Source: Octopus sinensis (lineage: Eukaryota). From it: a DNA stretch of 64,000 bases. The notes beneath the pieces were generated by a model, which saw only the letters and a list, made by a program, of their open reading frames with translations, was not told where the DNA came from and ran no database searches. The position numbers and the translations under genes are program-made. Where the stretch lies: NCBI RefSeq assembly GCF_006345805.1, contig NC_043021.1:12276001-12340000 (forward strand), written 5' to 3'. Of the stretch, positions 1-14,296 are shown one piece after another; position 1 is the stretch's first letter; each line of letters opens with the position of its first letter.

Positions 1-180
1 TTGTGTTTGGGGAGAGTCATTTTCTTTTTGTGCTTTATAATGTAAGACACTCACCGGTAAAATTTTCACTTATTTCTTATTTTTAAAAATGAAAATAAAA
101 ATAAGAAATAAATGGAAATTTTACCGGTGAGTGTGTTACATTATAAGGCACAAAAAGAAAATGACTCTCCCCAGACACAA
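1..180. repeat. Palindrome (85-bp arms, 5 mismatches, 10-nt spacer); left arm probably continues off-window
   Basis: Bases 1-85 are the reverse complement of 96-180 (TTGTGT.TGGGGAGAGTCATTTTCTTTTTGTG...CACTCACCGGTAAAATTT). Confidence 0.9.
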
Positions 181-396
181 CAGAATATGCTTCAACACAC
201 GAACTCATATAAAGAATCTTGCAAACCAAATCCAAAAACGAAATACATCCAAATTACTAATCTAATAATATAATCACAGCCTACTATAATGTAAAATATA
301 ATAAAGTATATTAGAATTAATTAAAAAGTATTTAAACATATTATAAAAATATATATATACTTTACCTGTTATTAGTCTGTGGGGAAAGAAGATAAT

Positions 397-489
397 ATTA
401 ATCAACGCTACATGCGTTTCTGCCCTGGTGGTTTGTTTTACCAGGTTGTACCTAATACATAAATCCACCAGTGCATCCTCAGGCTATTT
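397..489 (-). ncRNA. Type I hammerhead ribozyme-like motif with extended stem II (Penelope-like repeat)
   Basis: Minus strand reads CTGAGGA-TGC-A-CTGGTGG...CCACCAG-G-GCA-GAAA-CGC-ATGTA-GCG-TT. Core and stems II and III are intact; stem I pairs poorly. Confidence 0.5.
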
Positions 490-700
490 TTCTTTTTATT
501 ATTATTATTAACAGATCCAACTTAATCATACAAATTCTAAGATATCTTCACAAAAAATAGGAATAAAAATAAATATATACATATATATATAACTTCCTAA
601 TATATTTTTACAAAATTTAAAAGATTTTAAAAATTAAAAAATTTTAAAATTCAGAAAAATTTAATATAAGTAAACACCTAAAAATATAATAACGATTTAT

Positions 701-745
<45 letters not shown>

Positions 746-1045
746 GAAAGTGCCAAACATAAAGAAACCCTCATAGACAACTTTATAATCACGTCAAATT
801 AAACTGCCTATCTATATTAACTTTATGGGAATTAATAATTTGTTGTGAAATTTACCCCTATCAGTACTAGTATATATTACCATTATGTCAAACGTGAGTT
901 AATAATATTTAAAAAGTAAAAAACCTCTATATATGTTACAAATTTAATGAATAAACCTGGTAAATGAAACTATTTACCACAATTAATAATAATTAATAAA
1001 TATGTATATATTACATATTTATACAAATATGTATATATGTACACA

Positions 1046-1434
1046 GGCACAGGAGTGGCTGTGTGGTAAGTAGCTTGCTTACCAACCACATGGTTCTGGG
1101 TTCAGTCCCACTGCATGGCACCTTGGACTGACCAAAGCCCTGTGAGTGGATTTGGTAGACGGAAACTGAAAGAAGCCTGTCATATATATATGTGTGTGTG
1201 TGTGTGTGTGGTGTGTGTGTGTATGTTTGTGTATCTGTGTTTGTCACCTCAACATCTCTTGACAACCGATGGTGGTGTGTTTACGTCCCTGTAACTTAGC
1301 GGTTTGGCAAAAGTGACCAATAGAATAAGTACTAGGCTTACAAACAATAAGTCTTGGGGCCGATTTGCTCGACTAAATGTGGTGCTCCAGCATGGCCACA
1401 GTCAAATGACTGAAACAAGTAAAAGTAAAAGAGT
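1046..1434 (+). mobile_element. tRNA-derived SINE family A (internal microsatellite), full-length
   Basis: Head AGGAGTGGCTGTGTGG (A box) ... GGTTCAGTCCC (B box), internal TA/TG tract, tail ...GAAACAAGTAAAAG; about 25 copies in the window. Confidence 0.85.
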
Positions 1435-1862
1435 ATATAGACATATATACATACATATATATGTATGATATGTATATGTATATATACATAGAGACATGCA
1501 TACACACATGCATAACATCTCCAAATCATACACACACACACACACACATATGGATATATATATATATGCATGTATATATGTATGTATGTACATATGTTTG
1601 ATAGTTTGATAAGTGCCAATGCACGAAACTCTCAGCCCTTGAGTCACTCTGTTGCTTCTGCTAATTATTAATAAACACATACATATAGTCATATTTTGAG
1701 TTCTATTTTTGCTGTTTGCATCACCATACTTATATATATACATATACACACATATATATACATGTGTATACAAACACATATACACAATCATATGTATGTG
1801 AAAATGTGTGTGTATATATATATATACACACACATTTTCACATACATATATATATATATATA

Positions 1863-1897
<35 letters not shown>

Positions 1898-2142
1898 TTC
1901 ATGTGGGCATATAGTGTATATAATACATATAATGTATATTTTATATTTCCCTTGCCAAGTATTTGAATGTTTTGTATTTATGTTGCCCTTATGGTAAATA
2001 AACAAGCACCACCAGCGCCAACACCACCACCACCATCATCAGCATCACCACCATCATCTTCATCATCATCACCACGGTGCTGATGCTGTCAAGGTTGGCA
2101 GCAGAGTGAGTGGTGGGTGATAGCCATGTTTGAAGTAGTAGA

Positions 2143-2217
2143 ATGGTAGTGACTACAATGAGCCTAGAGTCTTGTGTTGGCATGGGTTATGATGGTGGTG
2201 ATGGGAATGATAATGAC

Positions 2218-2271
<54 letters not shown>

Positions 2272-2580
2272 GGTAGTAGTAGTAGTAGTAATGGTGATGA
2301 TTATGATGATGATGTTGCTGTAGTTGATGATGATAATGATGATGATGATGGTGGTGGTGGTGGTGGTAGTAGTAGTAGTAGTAATGGTGATGATGATGAT
2401 TTTGCTGTAGTTGATGATGATGATGATGGTGGTGATGGTGGTGGTAGTAGTAGTAGTAGTAGTAATGGTGATGATGATGATGATGTTGCTGGTGATGCTG
2501 TAGTTGATGATGATGATGATGAGCTGGGTGATGGTAGTGCTAACTGTTATGGCCGTGATGCTGATGTGCAATTAGAAAAC
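2143..2580. repeat. Compound (GAT)n/(GGT)n/(AGT)n trinucleotide repeat with internal triplication
   Basis: Directly visible in the sequence. Confidence 0.85.
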
Positions 2581-2629
2581 ATTTTAAGAGCACCCAGATA
2601 GAATAGATTTTAGTCTACAAAAAAAACAA

Positions 2630-3942
2630 TAGCAATAAATGAAAGTGGAAGAGAGAAAGAGAGAGAAAGGGAGAGAGAAAGAGAGCAACAAGCTACATAG
2701 AGAGAGTAACATTACATAAAGAGAGGAAGAAAATTTAAGAGTAAGGAAAGAGAGGGTCAAAGGAGAAGGGCAGAGAGCGTGAGAGAGAGAGAGCACGACA
2801 CCTTACATAGACAGAGAGGGAGAGAGAGCTATACCTTACATAGAGAGAGGGAGAGGGAGCAACACTTTACATAGAGAGATAGAGAGAGAGAGATAGCAAC
2901 ATCTTACATAGACAGAGTGAGGGGAAGAGAGTAGTACTTTGTATAGAGAGAGAGAGAAGGAACGAGGGTGGGAGAAAGAACAATACCTTTCAAAGAGAGG
3001 AGAGAGAAGGGAGGAGAGAGAGAAACATCCTATTTAGAGAGACGGAAAGAGAGAGGAGAGAAAGAGTGAGAGAGCGCGCAACACCTTATATAAAAAAAAA
3101 GAGAGAGAGGGTAAAAAAGCAACCTTTTATTTAGAGAAAGAGATAGAGGGGGGGAGAGAACGAAAGCATCACTTTACATAGAGGGAAAAAGAAAGTGATA
3201 GAGAACAACACCTTTGACAGAGAGAGGAAGAGAGGATAGAGATCAACACCTTATATAGAGCAAAACCGAGAGGTAGAGAGAGAGAGAGCAACGTGTTGGG
3301 GAGATGGAAAGAGAAAGAGGGAGAGAGAGAGAGACAGAAAGAGCAACACGTTAGGGACATGGAATGAGAGAGAGAGAGCAACGCGTTAAGGAGATGAAAA
3401 GAGAAATAGAAAGAGAGAAAGAGCAACACGTTAGGGAGATGGAAAGAGAGAGAGCAGCGCGTTAAGGAGATTGAAAGAGAAAGAGAGAGAGAGAAAGAGC
3501 AACACTTTAGGGAGATGGCAAGAGAGAAAGAGTAAGTTGTTAGAGAGATTGAAAGAGAAAGAACGAGAGGATCACCTTACAAAGATAGGGAGAGCGAAAG
3601 AGAGAAAGCAAGGCATTAGATTGAGGGGAAGAGAAAGACCGAGATGATCACCTTAGATAGAGGGGGAAAAGAGAGAGAAAAAGAGAGACGAATAGGGTGA
3701 TACTTTGCACCGAGAGAGAGAGAGAGGTGGATTGACAGATAGATAGAGAGACAGACAGACAGATAGAAAGAGAGAGAGAGAGAGAGAGAAAGAAAGAGAC
3801 ATAGACAGACAGACAGACAGGTAGAGAGAGAGAGAGAGAGAGAGTAAAAACATCAATTTTTTTTTCTCCAGCAGCATTTCATGTGATATTGTCAGGGGAA
3901 ACGAGGGAAAATAGATAAACAGATGGACAGACAGAAACAAAT

Positions 3943-3974
<32 letters not shown>

Positions 3975-3990
3975 AGTAGTGTATGAGGGG
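2630..3990. repeat. 1.35-kb GA-rich purine tract with a degenerate ~40-bp unit (GAGAGCAACACCTTA...)
   Basis: Roughly two dozen CAACAC(C/G)TTA-like cores separated by GA runs. Confidence 0.8.
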
Positions 3991-4179
3991 GGGAAATTAT
4001 TGATCGATGCAAAAAAGGGGGGGAAACAATTTATTTTTAAAAAATATATAATCATTTGGACTCGATGTTGAAATTAATTGATTGAAAAAAAATTTTTTTT
4101 TTCTCCTTCGTAACACCAACATATAATTTTGACAGATAGGAAGAATTTAATAAGAATATATATTTTTTTTTAATGTCAA

Positions 4180-4720
4180 GACTGCTGCATTACGTTTTCA
4201 CCTTTGGTCATCGTTTCTTAATTTGTCTGCGTCGGAAAATGGCGTCGAAGCTTCCAGAGTCAGTCTGGACCAATGTTGTTTATTCAGCTGCATGATTATA
4301 TATATCTAGTCTACCTGAAATTTGCCTTCTTTCTTCGCTAAACGCATCCGCGATGGAAACGATCTTTAGGTAAAAAATGCTTATATTTTATCATGGGGGG
4401 GTTTAGAAAAAAAAACACTAGAAAAACCATTATGGTTTTTTTTGTTTTTCCTGTATTTTTATTTACTTTCTGTTTATTTGATTTTTTGTATTTATTTATT
4501 TGTTTGTCTGTTTTCATTCTGTCGTTCTTGATTCGTTTATTCGCTTCGTCTTCTTTAGCGAGACGCGCACTGCCTTGCCAGCGCTGGCCATAAAGTGAGG
4601 GTTCAGTTTTGCATTGAAACTCTACGTGATACTGGTCCACGTTTTCGGCATGCTTGTTTCGTCTGTTGTTTTTTGCGGAAAAGCCCGCGACGACACGACT
4701 TGCCGATTCACAAAAATATA
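4180..4720 (+). promoter_or_regulatory. CpG-rich promoter/first-exon-like region of an unidentified + strand transcript
   Basis: Local CpG cluster in unique sequence; AAAATGGCG (YY1-like) at 4236-4244; donor AG|GTAAAA at 4369/4370; long pyrimidine tract with acceptor TTTAG| at 4558; donor AA|GTGAGG at 4594/4595. Confidence 0.45.
4559..4594 (+). other. Candidate 36-nt exon; joined to ATG 4353-4369 it gives METIFSETRTALPALAI...
   Basis: Flanked by acceptor and donor consensus; 189-nt GT-AG intron (4370-4558); phase-compatible. Peptide not recognised. Confidence 0.3.
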
Positions 4721-4737
4721 CTTCCCTAAACAAAGTA

Positions 4738-4792
<55 letters not shown>

Positions 4793-7756
4793 TATATAAG
4801 AGAGAGAGAACAGAATAGAATAGAATGGAAAATCGAATAAAAGTCCGCGATATGAGGGAGGAAATAGATGTGTAGATATGAATTCTTTATTTCATAATAG
4901 TTGGAGGTATGGTGGGATGTTCAATATCTGTAAATATTTGTGTATAAAATAAAAAAATATAACTGCAACGACAGAGAAGCGAAATAAGAAAAAACCCAAA
5001 ATATCACTGAGGCATCGTTTACTTCAAATAAAAGTTTTAATTAGATAATACCTCTCAATTATTTCTGTATTTTAATATCATGAGCACACATCATCCTCCG
5101 GTCATCTGTTATAACACACGTTCATGTTTCTAGTTATTTGTGAATTACTTTGGACATTTCTGGAATGTTCTAATACACCCAAATGTTTCTTCCCTCAACG
5201 TACATACTACACGTTGCGAGAAACTCCGAGTGGCGACAGAGGCATTCATCAGCTTTTCCCAATTGAATAAACTCTACATAAATGTACCGAGGATGTCTTT
5301 TCTCGTTTGTAACAGCAAACACATGCATTACACATTCCAACAGGCGTGCACATACACAGACACGCATGCCTGCATTCATACAAACGCATGTATACATACA
5401 TACATACGTGTATGCGTGCATACATATACTACATGCCTATACATACACACATATAGACGAAACCAACGTATACATACATACATACAAATACATGTATGCA
5501 TGCGTTCATATGCATACATACAAACATATATATACATACAAACACGCATGCATATACACACATTCCTAAACACGTGCATATGCGCATAAATAAATATATA
5601 TATATATATTTGTTGTGCAAGAATTTTTATATATACGTAGTATTATACATACATACATGCATCCACACAGACAATCGTACATCGATACACACACACATGA
5701 TGAAGTTATTTCTACTACTAAAAAAAATTTCTTATATGCTGTTCATTTAACGTAAATTTACCTTCGAACTTCATAAAATATTCATCTATTTTTACCTTTA
5801 TTAAAAGCAACAAATATATACACCAAACTGCAGGGAACAAAACAACCTCCCTGAAGGTGCGTGAAGTAATTGCTATGTCTTAGGGTTAGAATCATAATTC
5901 GAGGAGTGTCGCCTTCTTACTTCGTCTTCCATCACATCTTTTCCCCCCGTTTCCCTACCCTTTTTTTTTTTTATCTTCCGTCTGTGAGCTGCCGAACAGA
6001 TTTCCCATTTCTGTCTGTCTGTCTCTTACCCCTAAATCTCTACTTTAACCCTTATTGCCAAGATAATTCTTCAAAAACGCCTTGAGGTATTCGTTCTGTC
6101 ACTTTGCGTTCTAAGTTCAAATCTCGCGGAGGTCAAATTTGCCGTTCATCCTTCAGGAGTCGATAAAATAAAGTACCCATTCTCGTACTGTGGCGATAGT
6201 ATTATTGATTCGTTCCCCATCCTTAAAATTGCTCGCCTTCTAAGTCTACTTTGCCTTTCATCTCTTCAGGGTCAATGAAATAAAATACCACTTGGTATCG
6301 ACTAATTCCCTGCCCTCAAATTTTCAGGCATTGTGTCTGTGGTGTTAGTAGTTTTCTGTTGTCTTTTTCTTCCATCACACTAGTGTCTAAATAATTATTA
6401 TCTTTTCGGTTTTTCACGTTCTGATTTCAAGTGCCGCCCATGTTAGCTTTGCCGTTCATCCCTCCGGGGTTGATGAAAGAAAGTACCAGTCAGATACTGA
6501 GGTCGACGATAACGGCTTCATCACATCCTCTCAAAATTTGCTAGCCTTATGTCTACATCACAAACAATTATTATTGCTATTATTATTATTTTTCTCTCGT
6601 AAACCCTCTTCGTAGTCTTCCGGAAGATCTTCCAGCAGACTAGGGTCTGCTGCTATTCATAGCCATCTGAAGAAGCGAAAAGAAGACAAACACACATCAA
6701 CATACACTCACATGCACATATACACACTCACGCGCGCGCACATGCACACGCTTGCGCGCGCAAACGCACGCACGCACACACACACTTACGCACGCATGCA
6801 CAGACTAATTCCTGTTGCGGTCACATTGTGAGGGTTCATTACAATATTCGGTTTGAATAGAAAACCGATCCCTGTCTTCTTCCGTGGATCACCACAGGGT
6901 GCTCGCTCCATTGGCCAGCTCTCGCCGATACGGAGGCTCTACGCAGTTGTCTGATGTACTTAAATAGCAGCCGAATCTCCCTAGAATTACATCGTATTGT
7001 CTTAAAAAAAGGAAGGACTTTGTGGATAATATAGTCCTACTAGCTATACTCTGTCTGATTGAATTGAATAAGAAACAGGATGGATGGTCACGATTGGAAC
7101 ATGTTGATTATTCGTCTGATCAGTGCCGGCCCGGGACTTAACAACAATATATAATATTCGATTTTCATGAAATAGCAGCTAGATCCCCCTCAAAGTACAC
7201 CTTTTTTGTCTTAAAAAAAAGAAAAAGAAAGCGCACTGAATAATGTAGTCTTAAATACAAAAATACTGAGTCTAATAAGAAATAAAGAAAAAAAACGAGA
7301 TGGTCACGGCTGGAATATCTTGAAAATAAATCCGGCTTGATCAGAGCTGGCCTCGGGCTAAACAGCAGAGTAACAATAACAAGAAGGACATATTGGATAA
7401 TGTGTAGTCGTAGATGACACACGGTCTGAGTAAACTAAGACGGGACGTTCACGGCTGGAACGTCTTTGATCATAGATATACTTAACCAGAGCCGACCTGG
7501 GGTTAAACATGTCACAACACCAATAACCGGCCAGTTTTCTGTCAAGGAACCTCTCTAATTCGGTAGGTGTCCCGTGAACTTTTGTTTCGTTTTTTCAACT
7601 CGAAATTTCTTCTGCTCCACTGAACAATAATAATAATAATGTAAATAAATATTCTCTTTCGTTCTCTCTCTCTCTCTCTCAGCATCTATCTATCTGTCTA
7701 TCCCTTTGTCTATCTATCTCTCTGTCTATATATCTATCTGTCTGTCTGTCTACTTG

Positions 7757-7795
<39 letters not shown>

Positions 7796-7867
7796 GTCTG
7801 TCTGTCTGTCTGTCTATCATCTATCTATCTATCTATATCTTCACCCCGCTCATAAATGTACACATCC

Positions 7868-7899
<32 letters not shown>

Positions 7900-8775
7900 C
7901 ACACACGCGCGCACACCCACTTATGCGAGCGAGCGCACACATGTACACACATTCACAATTAGACGTTTATGCATTTATACATTTATGTGAATGTATACAA
8001 ATGTGTGTGTGATATCGCTCATGTTCTGTTTCTTTAAACTATTCCTAATTCAGAAATATTCTCGACATTTATTGCGATTTTCCTTTATCTGCATTTCCCG
8101 GGGGGAGCCCCAAATTTATTCCATAAAAAAACCCCAAAAAAAATCCCGTCTATCGTTGTTTAGCCACAGGCCAGGCCAGATCGAGCCGACCCGTGATCAA
8201 CAAATGTTCCAGACCAAAATCTTCCCGTCATTTTTTTTTTTTTTCCTTCCCGACATAAATGTACCTAGGACTACGTTAGCTGCGTGTCCGTTTAAGAACA
8301 TTGGATAAAAATTGACTGCTATTCCTTTGTATATCGAGCGACGAGCAAGTACCTAGTTCAACATATATTTTAATATACATGGGGGAAAATCATTTAATTA
8401 TTAATTATTATTATTTAGTTCATCCCATGCCTGCGTTTTATTTCTTTCATTATTTTTTTCTTCTTGTATTCATGATATAAAAGCAATATGCCTTGTTTTT
8501 GGTTGTACTCCGATTTCTTTTGTTGACATGTAAGCTAAAAATTTATGAAACAGATAAGTATTTGTGAGTGTAATAATAATAAAGATGGGAAGCTGTGAAC
8601 ATGGCCGTGACGATGATAATGGATGTGTATAAATTTTGCCACAAGGGGTTAATGGATTTGGGTGAACGGGTGCCCTACAATGATGAAGACCAAAATATGG
8701 TCGGTTGAGGGTTTCACCACTCCCATCGTCACGTGTAGGTATGTATATATACGTGTGTGTATATGTATGTATAAT

Positions 8776-8806
<31 letters not shown>

Positions 8807-8948
8807 GTCTGTGTATATATATATATGTGTGTGTGTATATATGTACGTAAGTATATATGTGTATGTATAAGTATATATATATATATATATGTTAGTATTA
8901 CGTGTGTGTGTGTGTATATATTATATATATATATATATGTTAGTATTA

Positions 8949-8986
<38 letters not shown>

Positions 8987-8987
8987 C

Positions 8988-9029
<42 letters not shown>

Positions 9030-9551
9030 TATAAGTGTGTGTGCATGTGTGTAAAGCTGGAAATTCACACCGTATCCTTCTCGGAATTTTCTCGCTCAAT
9101 GAGATCTTTCAAGCCGCTCTTTGTGTATATGTGTGTATGTGTATTTTTCCCCTATAAATATTTGGAAGAGTCTGTGGAGTGCTCCGTCAGCCAAGACCAT
9201 ACCTATCCCACCACTGCACATCACATTGTCAGGGTGTGTGGCTTTTAAAACCCAGTGAGTAACGGAATTATAACGGTACAAGAGACGAAGACTAGTTCTC
9301 TTCGATTTATTATCCATACATATGTACATATTTTATTCTGTCTTCATTTCACACACAGGAGCTTTAATCATCCCTTGTGACAGCTCACCTTCAGCTGTGA
9401 CTTGGCTGCATCCGTGTGTTATATAAATAACATAAATAATAATGATGGTGATACAGACGAATGAGGAAGCATGCGGCTCGCTCGTATGTTCATGGCAATG
9501 TTAGCGCCGGAATTGTCCTTGGAAGATTCTCTGTTAAATCAAATACATATA

Positions 9552-9602
<51 letters not shown>

Positions 9603-12600
9603 GCGCACACATACACGAACACAGATAAATCTCTCTTTCTCTCTCTCTCTCTCTATCTGTATATATGTGTGTGTGTTTGTACATATATAGATGATTGTTG
9701 TTTAGTTTTAAGTCGGCCTCGATCAGATCACAGGACATTCCATTCATGACCATCACATTTTTTTCCAGATGTATCCCACCCGGACGACATACATTATTCT
9801 GTGTACCTTTTTTTTTTTTTAGATAATAACGTGATTTGATGAAGATTTTCAGCTGCTATTTCTAGATTTGTTTAGCGACCACGTATAAAAGCTTCCCTTG
9901 TTGTGTAGGTATTTTGGTATTTAAGTGAAATAATTAAAACAAATCATGTTTTAGGCAGCCACAAGCTGTCCTTTATACAGACACACCAGCAGCTGGTAAC
10001 GCTCTATTTACGCGGTTCCCCTTTATTTCTGCGAACCCTAAATGGCACTCCCAAAATGATAACAATAATGGTTTCAAATTCTGGCACAAGGCCAGTAATT
10101 TTAAGGAAGGGTTAAGTCGATTACATCGATTACAGGGTTCATCTGGTACTTATTTTGTCGACTCCGAAAGGATGAAAGGCAAAGCCAACCTCATCATAAT
10201 ATTAATTATAGTTCAGTGTAATTAAAAAGATAATTATAGGCGGAGCAGTAATCCTTAAGTATTATTCCCTTGTCCTTGATATGTAGGTATGTATGTATGC
10301 ATGCATACGCAACACATTCAATCAAAAATTGTCCGAATGATTCGAAAGATATACTTCTTTCTTCGTGATGAAAAATTATGATCGTTCGTAATAAAACAAA
10401 TCGTCAGACCAATTCTTCAATTTTGCTTTAACCTCCAGCCCTGATTGTCCTGTAGATTTGTTCTATACACATCAGTATGTTTTGCTCTTTGTCTGTTTTC
10501 GATGTCCAGTCAGCAGTTATCGCGAGAGAGAGGTTTTAAAAATTTTTTTTTTTCTTTAAATTATTGAGTATTTCTCTGTTCAATAATAAACCCGTGCTTT
10601 CTGTTTGAACTGGTCACGTCTAGATTTTGTAGCGAAACTTAAGGCCTGTCCATACTTTTGTTTTGTTAGGCTGTTGGCATGCAATTTCGTTTCGATAAGT
10701 TCGTGTGTGTGCATGTGTGTAGGGGGAAAGTGGCAGATTGGCCAGGTTGCCAGCTTGCCCGATGGCAAGAGGGCCCCTGCGCCATTGGAATCCATATATA
10801 GGGTCCCATGTTAGTATCTAAGGGGCCTATCCCTTCAAGTTTGAGAATTTTTTATTCATTCCTGGAAGAATGTATTAATTATTTCAGCCTGGCTGTATTT
10901 GTAGAGTTAAAAAGAATACTTTTAACAACAAAAAAAAATTAATAAATAAATGATAATATTGTAGTTGCGGGTGGGCCCCCTCAGTCTCCTGGCAACCAAT
11001 ATTTTTAGGCCCAAAGCTGCAAGAACATCGTCGGGCAGCAGGTATATCTATGTAGGTATATATATGTATGTATATTTATGTAGATATATATATATGTTTG
11101 TATATTTATGTAGATATATATATGTATGTATATTTATGTAGATATATATATGTATGTATATTTATGTAGGTATATGTATGTATGCTTATCTATGTGTGTA
11201 CATATGTGTATATAAATATGTATATGCGTGTGTATATATATATATGTGTGTATATGTATGAATATGTATATATTGATGTGTATGTTTTTGCATGTGTTTA
11301 TGTATGGGTATGTTAGAGTGCATGTGTACACGTGTGTATGTATGTATGTATGTGCACACACATACACACATTTTTTATATGTATAGAGAGTGGGGCGATG
11401 TCTGTATCCAACAGAATTTTCCAGCCGGCGTTGTCATCATCATCTATCTTAACGATTTATCATACATAAATTGTTTCGTACTAACAGGATCCTTTCCTCG
11501 TAAAGAGGCGAGGGCAATATAGGTACTTGTTTCAGCTGGTCCCCTATTATTACTTACTACTCCATTACAGATCCTAATAGAAATGGGTGTCCTCACAACC
11601 AACTAAATTTGGTAGAAAGGGCTGTGTTGTGTCGGGCCCAAAAACCAATGACAGACAGGAAGCTACCACTTTGATAGTTGAAACTAAAGTATAACTGTAA
11701 ATTAGTTCGACACACGGACTGTTTAAGTACTTTGATGTGTTTCACAGATCTCGTTTTCAGGTAAAATTAATGCTATCCTTTTTTTTTAAAGCAGTATCGT
11801 GCAATATAAAGGTCAATTATCTTATGACAAATGTTATATCATTAGCTTCAAAACCGTGATTTCTTACCATATTGTTGCTGGGCAGATTTCTATGTGGTGT
11901 TTAATTACATACCTTTACGTCCTGAGTTCAAATTTCATCTGGTTGAATTTTGCCTTGTTTTTGCCTTAACAAATCTGATTGGTCTTTCTTTTGTTTTGTC
12001 CTTTCTCTTTATACCTTAATTGCCTTTTTTTTTTAGTTATGCCTTGTCTATTTTTTAAATATATATTCCTTTTACCTTTTATTCTTCTATCTTTTACTGA
12101 TTTCGGACATTGGACTGCGCCCTTTCTGAAGTTGCCGTCTTGGAGAGATTAATCGAATAAATCGACCCCAGCATTTATGTCTTTTTAAAGTCTGGTACTT
12201 ACTCCATCGGTCATTTTTGTCGAACCGCTAAGTTACGGGAAAACTAAACAAAACCAGCAGCAGTTGTCAAGCAGTGGGGTGGGTGACAAATACGAACACA
12301 ACAACACTCACACATTCACACACACACACACACACACACACGACATTGGTTGGCCTGATGCTATATAGTAGAACTTGCCCAAGATGTCAAGCAGTGGAAC
12401 TGAGCCTCAAACAAACACATAGTTGCAAAGCAAGCTTGTTAAGCACATAACCATGCCTTCTTTGATTTTCTTTTATACCTTATTAACCTTCTCATACCCT
12501 TAATTGTTAATTGCCTTTCATCTAATACCCTTATTAGCCTTTCTTCTCATACACCTTATTGCTTTTCTCGTGTCCCATTAATCTTTCTTGTGCCTTATTT

Positions 12601-14152
12601 GCCTTCCTTTTATGCCTTAAATGGTAAAAGAAGTACCTACGATTTGATGACATCAGTTATAACCCAATGATGTATTTTCACTCATATTGTCAATGAGGAG
12701 GATTTTTTTCCTGAGAGTATTTCTGCAGCAGAAAGTCTTCCCATGTCCAAGTGTATACAAAGATGTTAAATATTTCATTCAACACTGTTTCATGCACCTG
12801 TTGTTAATTACTATAACTGTTATTATTCAGCAAGGTCAAATGCTCAATGGCATCAGGCCATGAAATATAAATGTGGTAGCAACAAGCAGTGAAATTAAAA
12901 TTTCTGGGACACATGCACTCACATCCACGTTCACACTTCTTGGTTGGTTAAAATTGGGCAAAATAGGGCAGCTAGGTGTACTGTGCTGTTTCTTAAAGGT
13001 TTGGATCTCAAGATATGAAAAACCTTCCACTGCATAGAGCAGACTCATTATTCTGTCGCTGATGATTTGCATTCATGTACTGATGCTGTAGTCTCTGGAG
13101 GAATTCCTTGATGGTGAAGCAGGTGGGTTTGCCTTTTGTTAGGGTAACATTTTTTCCACAGTTCATCTTTTTAACAGAACTGTAGTCTTGGGTCAAACAG
13201 AGCTGAAAACTGGATAACTGGCATCCGGAACTCACACCTCTCTACAAACCATTACAGCCAGGCAAACTTTTGTATTAGCTTTCTGTAAAAGGAGACTGTG
13301 ATAAGTAAAGTGATATTGGTGAGACTGGATATCAGTATGAATCAACTGGGTGGTCTGTTCTGGAGGATTTTCTGGTGCGTGCCAGACCAAATGACTCTCA
13401 GTCATCAGCTGCAATCCTTCTGCATTTTGAGTTCATTATCATCTTTTATTCTTTGGTGCTTTGGTTGATTACAAAATATTTCAATACACATTTATGACCA
13501 TATCCCTTACTCTCTAAATTTCTGGCTTTGTGCCATTGTAAGAAATGCTCATTATTTATTTACGAGTGAACCTCGAGCTATCAGCATTGACAGCAAATAT
13601 ACTTGTCTTAGTTAAATGTATCAAAAATGATTATAAAGTTACAGTACAGAAAAACTATATTTATTTTTTAAATGATGATGGATTCTCTTGTTGAAGATGA
13701 TTAATGTGTATTCAGCTTTTTGCCAAATGACCTGCACAAATGATTTTGTTTGTAGTGACCAAACGTTCGTATTGTACATTAGCTCACTCTCTCGCCATCA
13801 AATTGATGTTGCCTTAAACAGGTGCACAGTGTACCGCACATCAGGTGTCAGAGTGACTGTGGAGCATCGTGAAATGAAGTGTTTTGCTCAAGGACACAAT
13901 GCACCATTCAGTCTGGGAATTGAAACCATGACCTTGCAATCGTGAATGAAATACTCTTACCACTAAGCCATTTGTTCTTTTTAAATATAGGCGTAGGAGT
14001 GGCTGTGTGGTAAGTAGCTTGCTTGCCAACCACATGGTTCTGGGTTCAGTCCCACTGCGTGGCACCTTGGGCAAGTGTCTTCTACTATAGCCTAGGGCCG
14101 ACCAAAGCTTTGTGAGTGGATTTGGTAGACAGAAACTGAAAGAAGCCTGTCG

Positions 14153-14199
<47 letters not shown>

Positions 14200-14213
14200 A
14201 TGTATATATATGC

Positions 14214-14250
<37 letters not shown>

Positions 14251-14296
14251 TATGTATATATATATATATGCATATATATATATGTATGTATATATA

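Noticed and set aside
2143-2601. 152-aa Asp/Gly/Ser ORF resembling acidic biomineralisation proteins
   Set aside because: Pure trinucleotide repeat with the opposite strand also open; starts at GTG; no signal peptide or splice context.
9190-9415. Possible exon pair (donor CCA|GTGAGT at ~9255, acceptor ACACAG| at ~9358) and TACTAAC-AG at ~11480-11489
   Set aside because: No good upstream acceptor and unrecognisable peptides; such sites occur by chance in 64 kb.
12600-13440. ~850 bp of unique, moderately GC-balanced sequence with several short ORFs
   Set aside because: All six frames are interrupted and no motif was recognised. It could be old UTR or decayed element; BLASTx would be needed.
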